NCBI RefSeq assembly: GCF_000007145.1
Contig: NC_003902.1
Location: 5,033,426 to 5,065,425 of the forward strand
Reading direction: 5' to 3'
Length of the DNA stretch: 32,000 nucleotides
DNA from: Xanthomonas campestris pv. campestris str. ATCC 33913
GTDB lineage: Bacteria > Pseudomonadota > Gammaproteobacteria > Xanthomonadales > Xanthomonadaceae
Positions 24,348 through 31,282 of this stretch are shown piece after piece. The notes beneath the pieces are model-generated. The model made no database searches and was not told where the DNA came from. It saw nothing but the letters and a program-made list of their open reading frames with translations. Positions within the stretch are counted from its first letter, which is position 1. Each line of letters opens with the position of its first letter. Made by a program: the position numbers and the translations under genes.

Positions 24348-24470
24348 CAGAAGGGGAGTAGCTCCCAGCGTTGTCGCCGTCATTACGAGCCCTGCCTGTC
24401 AGGCGCTCCGGTGCAACGGCAACCGGCCCGGCCGGTTGCGAGCGAGACCTTCGCCGCGCAGGCGAAGGTC
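24348..24470 (+). promoter_or_regulatory. yybP-ykoY (Mn2+) riboswitch aptamer plus overlapping expression-platform hairpin, in the alx leader
   Basis: The conserved blocks occur in the right order: AAGGGGAGUAGC (24351-24362), GUCGCCGUCAUUACGAG (24373-24389), the P4-like hairpin AACCGGC-CCG-GCCGGUU (24421-24437), and GCGAGCGAGACCUUC (24438-24452). P1 is GAAGG/CCUUC. A perfect hairpin GACCUUCGCC-GCGCA-GGCGAAGGUC (24446-24470) follows and shares the 3' P1 strand. The downstream gene is alx/TerC, a classic target of this class. Confidence 0.8.
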
Positions 24471-24553
24471 CGTCACCCGGAATCCACGATTTCCGTGTCA
24501 CAAGGCCTCAGCCCTACCGGCTGTCCAGGTCGTTTTCACTTTTCGGGATTCTT

Positions 24554-25510
24554 ATGCAAACCATTGGCAATGTCTGGTTATGGGGTGGCTTCGCGGTCGT
24601 GGTGATCGCGGCGCTGATGATCGATCTGGTGCTGATGCGCCACGGCGGTGCCCACAAGGTCACCTTCAAGGAAGCCACCTGGTGGAGCATCGGCTGGGTG
24701 CTGCTGGCGCTGGCCTTCAATGCCGGGCTGTGGTGGTACCTGCAAGGCAGCGTGGGCGATGCGCAGGCCGACCAGATCGGGCTGCAGTTCCTCACCGGCT
24801 ACCTGGTGGAAAAATCCCTGGCAGTCGACAACATCTTCGTGTTCCTGATGGTCATGACCTACTTCGGCGTGCCCGAGGAACAGCGCCAGCGCGTGCTGAT
24901 CATCGGCGTGCTCGGCGCGATCGTGCTGCGCGCGATCATGATTTTCGCCGGCTCGATGTTGCTGGCCAAGTTCCATTGGCTGCTGTACGTGTTCGGCGCA
25001 TTCCTGCTGCTGACCGGCATCAAGATGTGGTTCTCCGCCGGCAAGGAGCCGGACCTGGAAGCCAACCCGGTGCTGCGCTGGATGCGTGGCCACCTGCGCC
25101 TGAGCCCGCAGTACCACGGCAACCTGCTGAGCGTGATCAAGGATGGCAAGCGCTGGTTCACCCCGCTGTTCGTGGTGTTGATCCTGATCGCGGTGATCGA
25201 TGTGATCTTCGCGGTGGACAGCATCCCGGCGATCTTCGCGATCACCACCGACCCGTTCATCGTGCTGACCTCCAACGTGTTCGCGGTGCTGGGCCTGCGC
25301 GCGATGTTCTTCCTGCTGGCCGGCATGGCCGACCGCTTCCACCTGCTGCCGTACGGGCTGGCGGTGATCCTGGTGTTCATCGGCACCAAGATGATGATCA
25401 TCGATCTCTACAAGATCCCGGTGCTGGTCTCGCTGGCCGTGGTGGTCGCCATCCTGGTCGCCACCATCGTGCTGAGCCTGCTGCGCCCGGCGAAGCCGGC
25501 TGGGCACTGA
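24554..25510 (+). CDS. alx: TerC-family membrane protein Alx
   Basis: ORF 24371..25510. I moved the start to ATG 24554 (MQTIGNVWLWGGFAVVVIAALMIDL...). It is near-colinear with E. coli Alx: FLTGYLVEKSLAVDNIFVF, VIFAVDSIPAIFAITTDPFIVLTSNVFAVLGLRAMFFLL. The upstream part of the ORF overlaps the riboswitch. Confidence 0.9.
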   Translation: MQTIGNVWLWGGFAVVVIAALMIDLVLMRHGGAHKVTFKEATWWSIGWVLLALAFNAGLWWYLQGSVGDAQADQIGLQFLTGYLVEKSLAVDNIFVFLMVMTYFGVPEEQRQRVLIIGVLGAIVLRAIMIFAGSMLLAKFHWLLYVFGAFLLLTGIKMWFSAGKEPDLEANPVLRWMRGHLRLSPQYHGNLLSVIKDGKRWFTPLFVVLILIAVIDVIFAVDSIPAIFAITTDPFIVLTSNVFAVLGLRAMFFLLAGMADRFHLLPYGLAVILVFIGTKMMIIDLYKIPVLVSLAVVVAILVATIVLSLLRPAKPAGH

Positions 25511-25539
25511 GGGGCTGGGATTGGGGGATTGGGGATTCG
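25511..25539 (+). repeat. Heptad G-tract repeat, four G-runs, starting at the base after the alx stop
   Basis: GGGGCTGGGATTGGGGGATTGGGGATTCG lies directly after the TGA at 25508-25510. Confidence 0.85.
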
Positions 25540-25576
25540 TGAAGGGCAGCGCCGCGTGTGCTGCTCGTCTCTGGCG

Positions 25577-25718
25577 CACCGACCATCTTGAGGGGTCCCT
25601 GCCCGCCCACCATCGCGGGCCCTGACGCGGTATGGATGCCGCGTCAGCGCTTACAGGGATGTACTTGCGGCGTGTCGCGACGGTGGGCGGGCAAGGGCGC
25701 TGCAGCCAAGCGACAGAT
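25577..25718. repeat. MITE-like palindromic element, copy 1 (core about 25597-25697)
   Basis: Terminal inverted repeats CCCTGCCCGCCCACCATCGCGG ... CGCGACGGTGGGCGGGCAAGGG enclose the inner hairpin TGACGCGG-TATGGA-TGCCGCGTCA. It is colinear with copy 2, including flanks (CACCGACCA... / ...CTGCAGCCAAGC). Confidence 0.8.
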
Positions 25719-25755
25719 CAACAATCAGAAGCTAGGTGAGTCGAGGGCGCGGTGC

Positions 25756-25804
25756 CCTCACCGCTCGCGGGACACGCCGTGAACCCGTCCCGCAAGCGGC
25801 GAGG
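25756..25804. repeat. 18-bp-arm palindrome related to the MITE-like element
   Basis: CCTCACCGCTCGCGGGAC-N13-GTCCCGCAAGCGGCGAGG (2 mismatches). It shares TCGCGGGACACG with the inverted right end of the neighbouring elements. Confidence 0.6.
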
Positions 25805-25849
25805 ACACCACACCAGACAGTTTGTAGGTGGCTTTGTTGAAAACATGCA

Positions 25850-25996
25850 CACCGACCAGCTCCGACTGGTCCTTGCCCGCCCACCGTCGCGGGACCTTAC
25901 GCGGCAGGGATGCCGCGTAAGCGCTTTACAAGGATGTACTTGCAGCGTGTCCCGCGATGATGGGCGGGCAAGGGCCCTGCAGCCAAGCCGCAGATC
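25850..25996. repeat. MITE-like palindromic element, copy 2 (core about 25871-25974)
   Basis: CCTTGCCCGCCCACCGTCGCGGGA ... TCCCGCGATGATGGGCGGGCAAGG with the inner hairpin TTACGCGGCA-GGGA-TGCCGCGTAA. It lies 273 bp after copy 1 in the same orientation. Confidence 0.8.
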
Positions 25997-26111
25997 GTCC
26001 AGGGTGATGCGCCAACGATCGGCGCCGGGAGTGGATTATCCCGTCGCCGGGCCTGCTTATCCCGAGCCGCATAGGCTTGTAAAAAACCCGTGCGACGCCA
26101 TCCGTGAAGGC

Positions 26112-26900
26112 ATGACCTCGCATCCTGTTGCCATCGCCGACGCCCCCACGCAAGACCGCCTGGATCGCTCCCGGGTCTTGCGTGCCTTCAACCTCAGCCT
26201 CGCTGCCGTGCTGCTGCTGGTGGCCGTGTTCACCGCCCAGGGCATGTTCGACTGGCGTGCGTGGGCGGTGGCGCCACTGCAGGCCGACGGGCTCATCGGC
26301 ATCCTCACCGCGCCACTGTTGCACGGCTCACTCGCCCATCTGGGCGCCAATGCGGCCGCACTGCTGATCCTGGGCACCCTCGCCGGCAGCGTGTATCCGC
26401 GTGCCACCGCGATGGCGTTGCCGCTGCTGTGGCTGGGCTCGGGCCTGGGTGCATGGCTGCTGGGCGACCCCGGCAGCCGCCACCTGGGGGCGAGCGGTGT
26501 CACCCACGGGCTGATGTTCCTGGTGTTCGTGCTGGGCCTGCTGCGCCGCGACCGCCCGGCGATCGCCACCAGCATGATCGCGTTCCTGTTCTACGGCGGC
26601 ATGCTGATGACCATCCTGCCGCACGAAGCCGGCGTGTCCTGGCAATCGCATCTGGGCGGCGCGGTGGCCGGCCTGATTGCCGCGCTGCTGCTGCGCCTTC
26701 GCGACCCGCAACAGGCCAAGCCGCGCTACAGCTGGGACGACGAGGACGAAGACGCCGCCTGGGAGGTCAGCAACCCCGAGCACGCCATGCTGGAACCGCC
26801 GCCGCCGCGTCAGGTGCCGGTGCTGTGGCAACGCCAGGACGACGGCTCGGAAAACGTGGTGCTGCATTTCCCGCCACGCGAACGCCCGCCGGGCACGTAG
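26112..26900 (+). CDS. Rhomboid-family intramembrane serine protease
   Basis: ORF 25752..26900. I moved the start to ATG 26112 (SD GAAGG), because the upstream part runs through the repeat elements. The catalytic-type motifs HLGASGVTHG (GxSG) and SWQSHLGGAVAG (His) sit in TM segments. The C-terminus is an acidic tail. Confidence 0.85.
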   Translation: MTSHPVAIADAPTQDRLDRSRVLRAFNLSLAAVLLLVAVFTAQGMFDWRAWAVAPLQADGLIGILTAPLLHGSLAHLGANAAALLILGTLAGSVYPRATAMALPLLWLGSGLGAWLLGDPGSRHLGASGVTHGLMFLVFVLGLLRRDRPAIATSMIAFLFYGGMLMTILPHEAGVSWQSHLGGAVAGLIAALLLRLRDPQQAKPRYSWDDEDEDAAWEVSNPEHAMLEPPPPRQVPVLWQRQDDGSENVVLHFPPRERPPGT

Positions 26901-26949
26901 TGCGCGTTCTGCAGGCGACTAACCAAGTAATCAGTGCTGTGCCGCGTTT

Positions 26950-27017
26950 GTAGGAGCGCGCTTGCGCGCGATGAAGCGTCACCGGTAACGCCCCATCGCG
27001 CGCAAGCGCGCTCCTAC
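26950..27017. repeat. GTAG-type REP palindrome, copy 1
   Basis: GTAGGAGCGCGCTTGCGCGCGAT-GAAGCGTCACCGGTAACGCCCC-ATCGCGCGCAAGCGCGCTCCTAC, with perfect 23-bp arms. Confidence 0.9.
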
Positions 27018-27028
27018 GTATGCGTTGC

Positions 27029-27136
27029 TTACCGCGGTGTTTTCCCGCTCAATGCACGCCGCGCCAGGCCCGGGTCGTCGGCGAAAAACGCATCGATGCC
27101 GGTGTCCAGATAGCGCTTCAATTGCGCCAGTGCACC
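27029..27136 (-). pseudogene. Duplicated fragment of the glpQ 3' end (last 35 codons plus stop)
   Basis: This 108-bp segment is colinear with 27277-27384, with 4 mismatches and no indels by my count. It would encode ...GALAQLKRYLDTGIDAFFADDPGLARRALSGKTPR*. It has no upstream continuation, as the sequence diverges at 27137. Confidence 0.85.
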
Positions 27137-27197
27137 AGGCACGTAACACCATTCTTCAAACAAGCCACCGACCAATCCACGTCGCCGCCCGCCTCAC

Positions 27198-27265
27198 GTA
27201 GGAGCGCGCTTGCGCGCGATGAAGCGTCACCGGTAATGCCCCGTCGCGCGCAAGCGCGCTCCTAC
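27198..27265. repeat. GTAG-type REP palindrome, copy 2
   Basis: Same 68-bp element as 26950-27017 with 2 differences in or next to the loop. It lies 11 nt downstream of the glpQ stop. Confidence 0.9.
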
Positions 27266-27276
27266 GTATGCGTTGC

Positions 27277-28377
27277 TTACCGCGGTGTTTTCCCGCTCAA
27301 TGCACGCCGCGCCAGGCCCGGGTCATCGGCGAAAAACGCATCGATGCCGGTGTCTAGATAGCGCTTCAATTCCGCCAGCGCACCCGCTTCGTTACGTTCG
27401 GTCGGCGCACCGCCACTGCGGTTGTCGGCGGCGAGAAAATAGTTTTCCGGACGAAAGGTGTACGGCTGCACCTGCAATCCCGCCGCATGCGCATCGCGCA
27501 CCAGGCTGGTCGGTTGACCCAGGCGCTGCTGCGCATCCAGCGGAATGATCGCGCGGATGTCCGGGCCGATCGCGTCGGCGTAGGTGGCAACCTGCGTGAG
27601 CCCCGCAGGCGTCCTCAGTTGCGCATAGGTGGCTGGCGCAGCGCCCTTGCCCGCATCGGGCAGCGCCATCTGCGCACCACTGAGCAATTGCAGCAGCCGG
27701 ATGTTGCTCTGCCGCCCGATCCTGCCGCGCAGATAGCGCAGGTTGGTGGTCTCGAACGACTGGATCACCACCGGCGCCGTGCGCGTATACGCGTGCGCTT
27801 GCAGGGTGGCCAGCACCTTGTCTTCCATCGCCAGGCCCAGGCCGCTGAAATAGCTCGGGTGCTTGATCTCAGGAATCAGCCCAATCGTGCGCCCGGTGGC
27901 GGCCGACTCTGCCGCAACGAAGTCGATGATCTCGTCCAGCGTCACGATCTGAAAATGGCCATCCCACTGCGTGCCACGCAATTGCGGCAACCGCTCACGC
28001 GCGCGCAGGGTCTTCAACTCGGCCAGGGTGAAGTCTTCGGTGAACCAGCCTTCCAGCGCCTGGCCATCGATGGTCTTGCGCGTCTTGCGCGCGGCAAACT
28101 CCGGATGGCTGGCCACATCGGTGGTGCCGCCGATCTCGTTCTCATGGCGCGCTACCAGCACGCCATCCTTGGTCGACACCAGATCCGGCTCGACGAAATC
28201 AGCGCCATCGACGATAGCCTTGGCGTAGGACGCCAAGGTATGTTCCGGGCGCAATGCGCTGGCACCGCGGTGCGCGAAGATCTGCACCGTCTTGGCCAGC
28301 GGCGCTTCTGCCAGTGCAGGGCTGCTCATGACGGCCATCATCGCTCCCAAGACTAGAACACGGTGGAACTGCATCAT
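27277..28377 (-). CDS. glpQ: Periplasmic glycerophosphodiester phosphodiesterase
   Basis: ORF 27277..28455. I moved the start to ATG 28377 (SD GGAGAAAGG; MMQFHRVLVLGAMMAVMSSPALA signal peptide). GDPD motifs are present: FAHRGASALRPEHTLASY, FVEPDLVSTKDGVLVARHENEI, IPEIKHP. Confidence 0.9.
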   Translation of the reverse strand: MMQFHRVLVLGAMMAVMSSPALAEAPLAKTVQIFAHRGASALRPEHTLASYAKAIVDGADFVEPDLVSTKDGVLVARHENEIGGTTDVASHPEFAARKTRKTIDGQALEGWFTEDFTLAELKTLRARERLPQLRGTQWDGHFQIVTLDEIIDFVAAESAATGRTIGLIPEIKHPSYFSGLGLAMEDKVLATLQAHAYTRTAPVVIQSFETTNLRYLRGRIGRQSNIRLLQLLSGAQMALPDAGKGAAPATYAQLRTPAGLTQVATYADAIGPDIRAIIPLDAQQRLGQPTSLVRDAHAAGLQVQPYTFRPENYFLAADNRSGGAPTERNEAGALAELKRYLDTGIDAFFADDPGLARRALSGKTPR

Positions 28378-28517
28378 GCCTTTCTCCAACGAAAAAGTAG
28401 CCATCAAACCAAAGCATGATCGCCAGGCGAACGCGGCCGATTGGTGGTGCGGCATGTACTACACGTACACCCCCGCTTTCTCCGCATCGTTCGTACACGC
28501 CTGACAACCACGCGCTA

Positions 28518-28660
28518 AGAGCGGCTAACAAAACGTAGCGAGCAGTCGTCAGGTGGGTGCGGACGGCGCGGAGGAACCGGAGTGTACGGGGGTACATGAG
28601 AATTCCGAGCACCGGCCGCGCCCGCCTGGCGGCTGCGCAGTCGTTTTGATAGCTGCTCTT
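28518..28660. mobile_element. Second copy of the 48-bp palindromic element, interrupted by a nested 87-bp MITE-like insertion
   Basis: AGAGCGGCTAACAAAACGTAGCGAGCAGTCGT | 87 bp | GCAGTCGT TTTGATAGCTGCTCTT. GCAGTCGT flanks the insert on both sides (28542-28549 and 28637-28644). The insert has imperfect terminal inverted repeats (CAGGTGGGTGCGGACGGCGC vs the reverse complement of GCACCGGCCGCGCCCGCCTG). Confidence 0.7.
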
Positions 28661-28739
28661 ACGTCTTGTCAGCCACTCTAAAACTAACAGCGTCCATCAG
28701 CATCGGAAATCCGTAAACAGCAGCAAGACCCGCCGTTAC

Positions 28740-28768
28740 GAATCCCCAATCCCGATTCCCCAATCCCT
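28740..28768 (-). repeat. Heptad G-tract repeat, four G-runs, 4 nt after the stop of the second TonB-dependent receptor
   Basis: The sense (minus) strand reads TGA-GTTA-GGGATTGGGGAATCGGGATTGGGGATTC. Confidence 0.85.
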
Positions 28769-28771
28769 AAC

Positions 28772-31087
28772 TCAGAACTTGGCATCCAACGTCAAGAACA
28801 CCTGCCGCGGTGCACTGGCGTGGAATGCCAGCTGGCGGCCATTCGGATCGCTGTTGGCGAACGCGGTGAGGTTGGAGGCGTAGCGTTTGTCGGTGAGGTT
28901 GGTCACGTTGAGCGAGAGCTTCAACGACTGCAGCATGCTGACCTGACCAAACTCATAGCCGGCGCCGGCATCGAACGAGGTGTAACCGCCAAAGCCCTGA
29001 TCATTGGTGTAGGTGTAGAAGCGCTCACCGGTGTACTTGCCACGCAGGTTGACATTCCAGCCAGCGTAGTTGAAGGCGATTTCGCTGGCGAGCATGCGCT
29101 TGGGCGTATCCACCGTGGTCTTGCCGGCAGTGGCAATGGTCACCCCGTTCTGCACGTAGTTGTCGTCGTAGGTGGAGCGGTTGATCGAGGCCGAGTTGTA
29201 CCACTGCAGGTAGCTGGTGGGCTTCCAGATCACCGTCAGTTCGCCACCGCGGCTGCTCACCGACCCCACGTTGAAGAAGCGCGTGGTGCAGGCCGGCGTG
29301 GTGCCCTGCTGGATGCTGGCGCAGGGGTTGAGCGAGAGCAGGCGGTTGTCGAAGGTGACGTCGTAGCCGACCAGCGAGGCTTCGAAGCGGTCACGCACGA
29401 AGCGGTAGCCGGCTTCCAGGGTGCGCGACTTTTCCGGCTCCAGCGCGCCCACGCTGGCATCGAACGAGGCCTGCGTCACCAGCAATGGGCCACCGGCGCC
29501 GCCGCCCTGGAATGCGGCGATGTTTTCCGCGTACGAGGCGAACACTTCCTGCCCTTCGGCCAGGCGATATCCCAACCCGATCTGCGGCAGCACCGACTCG
29601 CTGGCCTTGATCGAGCCGGTGGCCACCGGCGCTTCCACTGCGATGCCCGGCGTCTCGCGCGCGGTCATTTCGGTGCTCGGGCTCTTGATGCCCAGATCCA
29701 CGCTCAGGCGGTCGTCGAGAAACTTGAAGTTGCCCTGCACGTAGAACTGCCGCGTGGTGATGATGTAGTTCTGCGAGAACAGCCGGCGGTCGGGATCCTG
29801 CAGGAACTTGTCATCGCTGACCGGCCCATCGATCCAGTAGAAATTGCGCTCCACATCGTGGTGGTTGCGCTCGTACCACAGCCCGGCTTCCAGATGATGC
29901 GGGCCCAGATCCCAACCGAGTGAGGCGATACCGCCAGTGCGATTGATCCAGTAGTTGGTGCTGCGGATCGAGATCGGCAGTGCCTGCGGCGTACCCGGGT
30001 TGGACGCTTGACCCGGTGACCACCAATGCCCCTGGCCCTTGTTTTCATGGTGATACACCTGCGTGTGCAGGCTGATGGCATCGTTGGGCTGGAAGTCGCC
30101 GGCCACGTAGAACAGGTCGTCGTCGCGCAGCGCGCGGCTCTGGTAATACGCATCGTCCACGTTATCCACGCCACCACTGAAGCTGCAGCGCGCCGCATTG
30201 CGCGTGGCCGGCGCGCAGTACGCCGCCGCCAACGCACGGTTCCAGTCCGGTGCGTACAAATTCCAATCCCAGCCCAGACCACGCGCCATGCCACTCTTGG
30301 ACAGGTAGGAATAATCGGCTTGCGAGGTGCGCGAGGTATCGGCAAATGCGGTCAGCTTGCCGCCGTCGAACTGATACACGCCCTTGGCATTGAACTGGCG
30401 GGTGGTGGTCGGCGACTCGGGGCGCGCCCACATGTCGGCTTCGGCATTGATGCCGGACACATACGCCGAGAACCCGTTGTAGTCGCCGGTATCAATACGC
30501 AGGAAGGTGCGGCGGTTGGCATCGGAGCCCACCGTCTGCGACAGCTGGCCGCCAAATACGCTGGACGGATCGGCCGAGTAGTACTGGATGGTGCCGCCGA
30601 GGTTGCTGGTCGAGGCAGTACCGAGCGCACCGATACCCGAAGCCAGCTCCACGCCGCCAAAATTCTCGGCGATCAGCGCGCGGCTGATGTTGAGGCCGTT
30701 GTAGTTGCCGTACGCGTTATCGCCCAGCGGCAACCCATCGAGCGTGTAGCCCAGACGCGTGCCGTTGAAGCCACGCAGGCTGATCGTCTGCGACTCTTCG
30801 TTCGCGCCGAAGGCATCGTTGGACTGCACGTTGACGCCCGGCATGCGGTTGAGCAGCTTCTGGATGCTGGTGCCCGGCGGCAGCACCGGAATGTCCTGCT
30901 GGGTGATGCGCTGCACCTGACGGGTTTCGCCCTGACCGATCACCGACACCGCATCGAGTTGCTGCACGGTTCCCGTGGCGGCAGACGCGTCGGCACCTGC
31001 CTCGGCGGGCGTATCGGCGGCGCGCACGGCCGGTGACAGCACGAGCGCGGTAAGAACAGCGGCACTGAGGAGATGGGTCTTGGGCAT
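28772..31087 (-). CDS. TonB-dependent outer-membrane receptor
   Basis: ORF 28772..31162. I moved the start to ATG 31087 (MPKTHLLSAAVLTALVLSPAVRA signal peptide). It has a TonB box/plug (LDAVSVIGQGETRQVQRITQQDI...SLRGFNGTRLGYTLDGLPLGD) and the terminal ...FLTLDAKF. Confidence 0.9.
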   Translation of the reverse strand: MPKTHLLSAAVLTALVLSPAVRAADTPAEAGADASAATGTVQQLDAVSVIGQGETRQVQRITQQDIPVLPPGTSIQKLLNRMPGVNVQSNDAFGANEESQTISLRGFNGTRLGYTLDGLPLGDNAYGNYNGLNISRALIAENFGGVELASGIGALGTASTSNLGGTIQYYSADPSSVFGGQLSQTVGSDANRRTFLRIDTGDYNGFSAYVSGINAEADMWARPESPTTTRQFNAKGVYQFDGGKLTAFADTSRTSQADYSYLSKSGMARGLGWDWNLYAPDWNRALAAAYCAPATRNAARCSFSGGVDNVDDAYYQSRALRDDDLFYVAGDFQPNDAISLHTQVYHHENKGQGHWWSPGQASNPGTPQALPISIRSTNYWINRTGGIASLGWDLGPHHLEAGLWYERNHHDVERNFYWIDGPVSDDKFLQDPDRRLFSQNYIITTRQFYVQGNFKFLDDRLSVDLGIKSPSTEMTARETPGIAVEAPVATGSIKASESVLPQIGLGYRLAEGQEVFASYAENIAAFQGGGAGGPLLVTQASFDASVGALEPEKSRTLEAGYRFVRDRFEASLVGYDVTFDNRLLSLNPCASIQQGTTPACTTRFFNVGSVSSRGGELTVIWKPTSYLQWYNSASINRSTYDDNYVQNGVTIATAGKTTVDTPKRMLASEIAFNYAGWNVNLRGKYTGERFYTYTNDQGFGGYTSFDAGAGYEFGQVSMLQSLKLSLNVTNLTDKRYASNLTAFANSDPNGRQLAFHASAPRQVFLTLDAKF

Positions 31088-31127
31088 GAGCGGCGTGGGG
31101 GAAGAGTCAAAAGATGGCGGCAAGCGT

Positions 31128-31178
31128 GCGACAGCTGTCTTGCGCCGATGCGACTGCCGCATGACAGTGCGGCGACAG
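31128..31178 (-). promoter_or_regulatory. Phased Pho-box-like heptads upstream of the second TonB-dependent receptor
   Basis: The minus strand reads CTGTCGC-CGCA-CTGTCAT-GCGG-CAGTCGC-ATCG-GCGCAAG-ACAG-CTGTCGC. Four of the five heptads at 11-bp spacing resemble CTGTCAT (E. coli Pho box CTGTCAT-N4-CTGTCAT). The array ends 40 nt before the ATG at 31087. Confidence 0.5.
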
Positions 31179-31211
31179 TCGCTGCGTTGCGCGCGCCGTC
31201 ACTGCGTGGCG

Positions 31212-31245
31212 CCGGCATGCAGCTGTCATCTGCGCGTCGTAATGT
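31212..31245 (+). promoter_or_regulatory. Pho-box-like site plus -10 element upstream of the acid phosphatase gene
   Basis: CCGGCAT-GCAG-CTGTCAT (31212-31229), a 10-nt spacer, then TAATGT (31240-31245). The SD GAGGAG and the ATG at 31283 follow about 30 nt later. Confidence 0.45.
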
Positions 31246-31282
31246 GCGCGTTCTTCCCGTTGTGTCGTTTGAGGAGTGTTCC

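Noticed and set aside
24371-24553. N-terminal extensions offered by the ORF track for alx (24371), rhomboid (25752), the HExxH protein (20369), GH92 (8933), MFS (18686), glpQ (28455) and the second receptor (31162).
   Set aside because: The extensions run through the riboswitch, repeat elements or promoter regions. They are R/C/P-rich and precede internal ATGs that have SD sequences and proper signal peptides or conserved N-termini.
27020-27361. A 113-aa plus-strand ORF spanning the REP/glpQ-fragment duplication.
   Set aside because: It reads antisense through the duplicated glpQ 3' ends and both REP palindromes. Its internal repetition is the DNA duplication, not a protein repeat.
28378-28517. 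Pho box upstream of glpQ.
   Set aside because: The best candidates (TTGTCAG-GCGT-GTACGAA, CGTTCGC-CTGG-CGATCAT) match the CTGTCAT heptad poorly in at least one half-site, so I make no claim.
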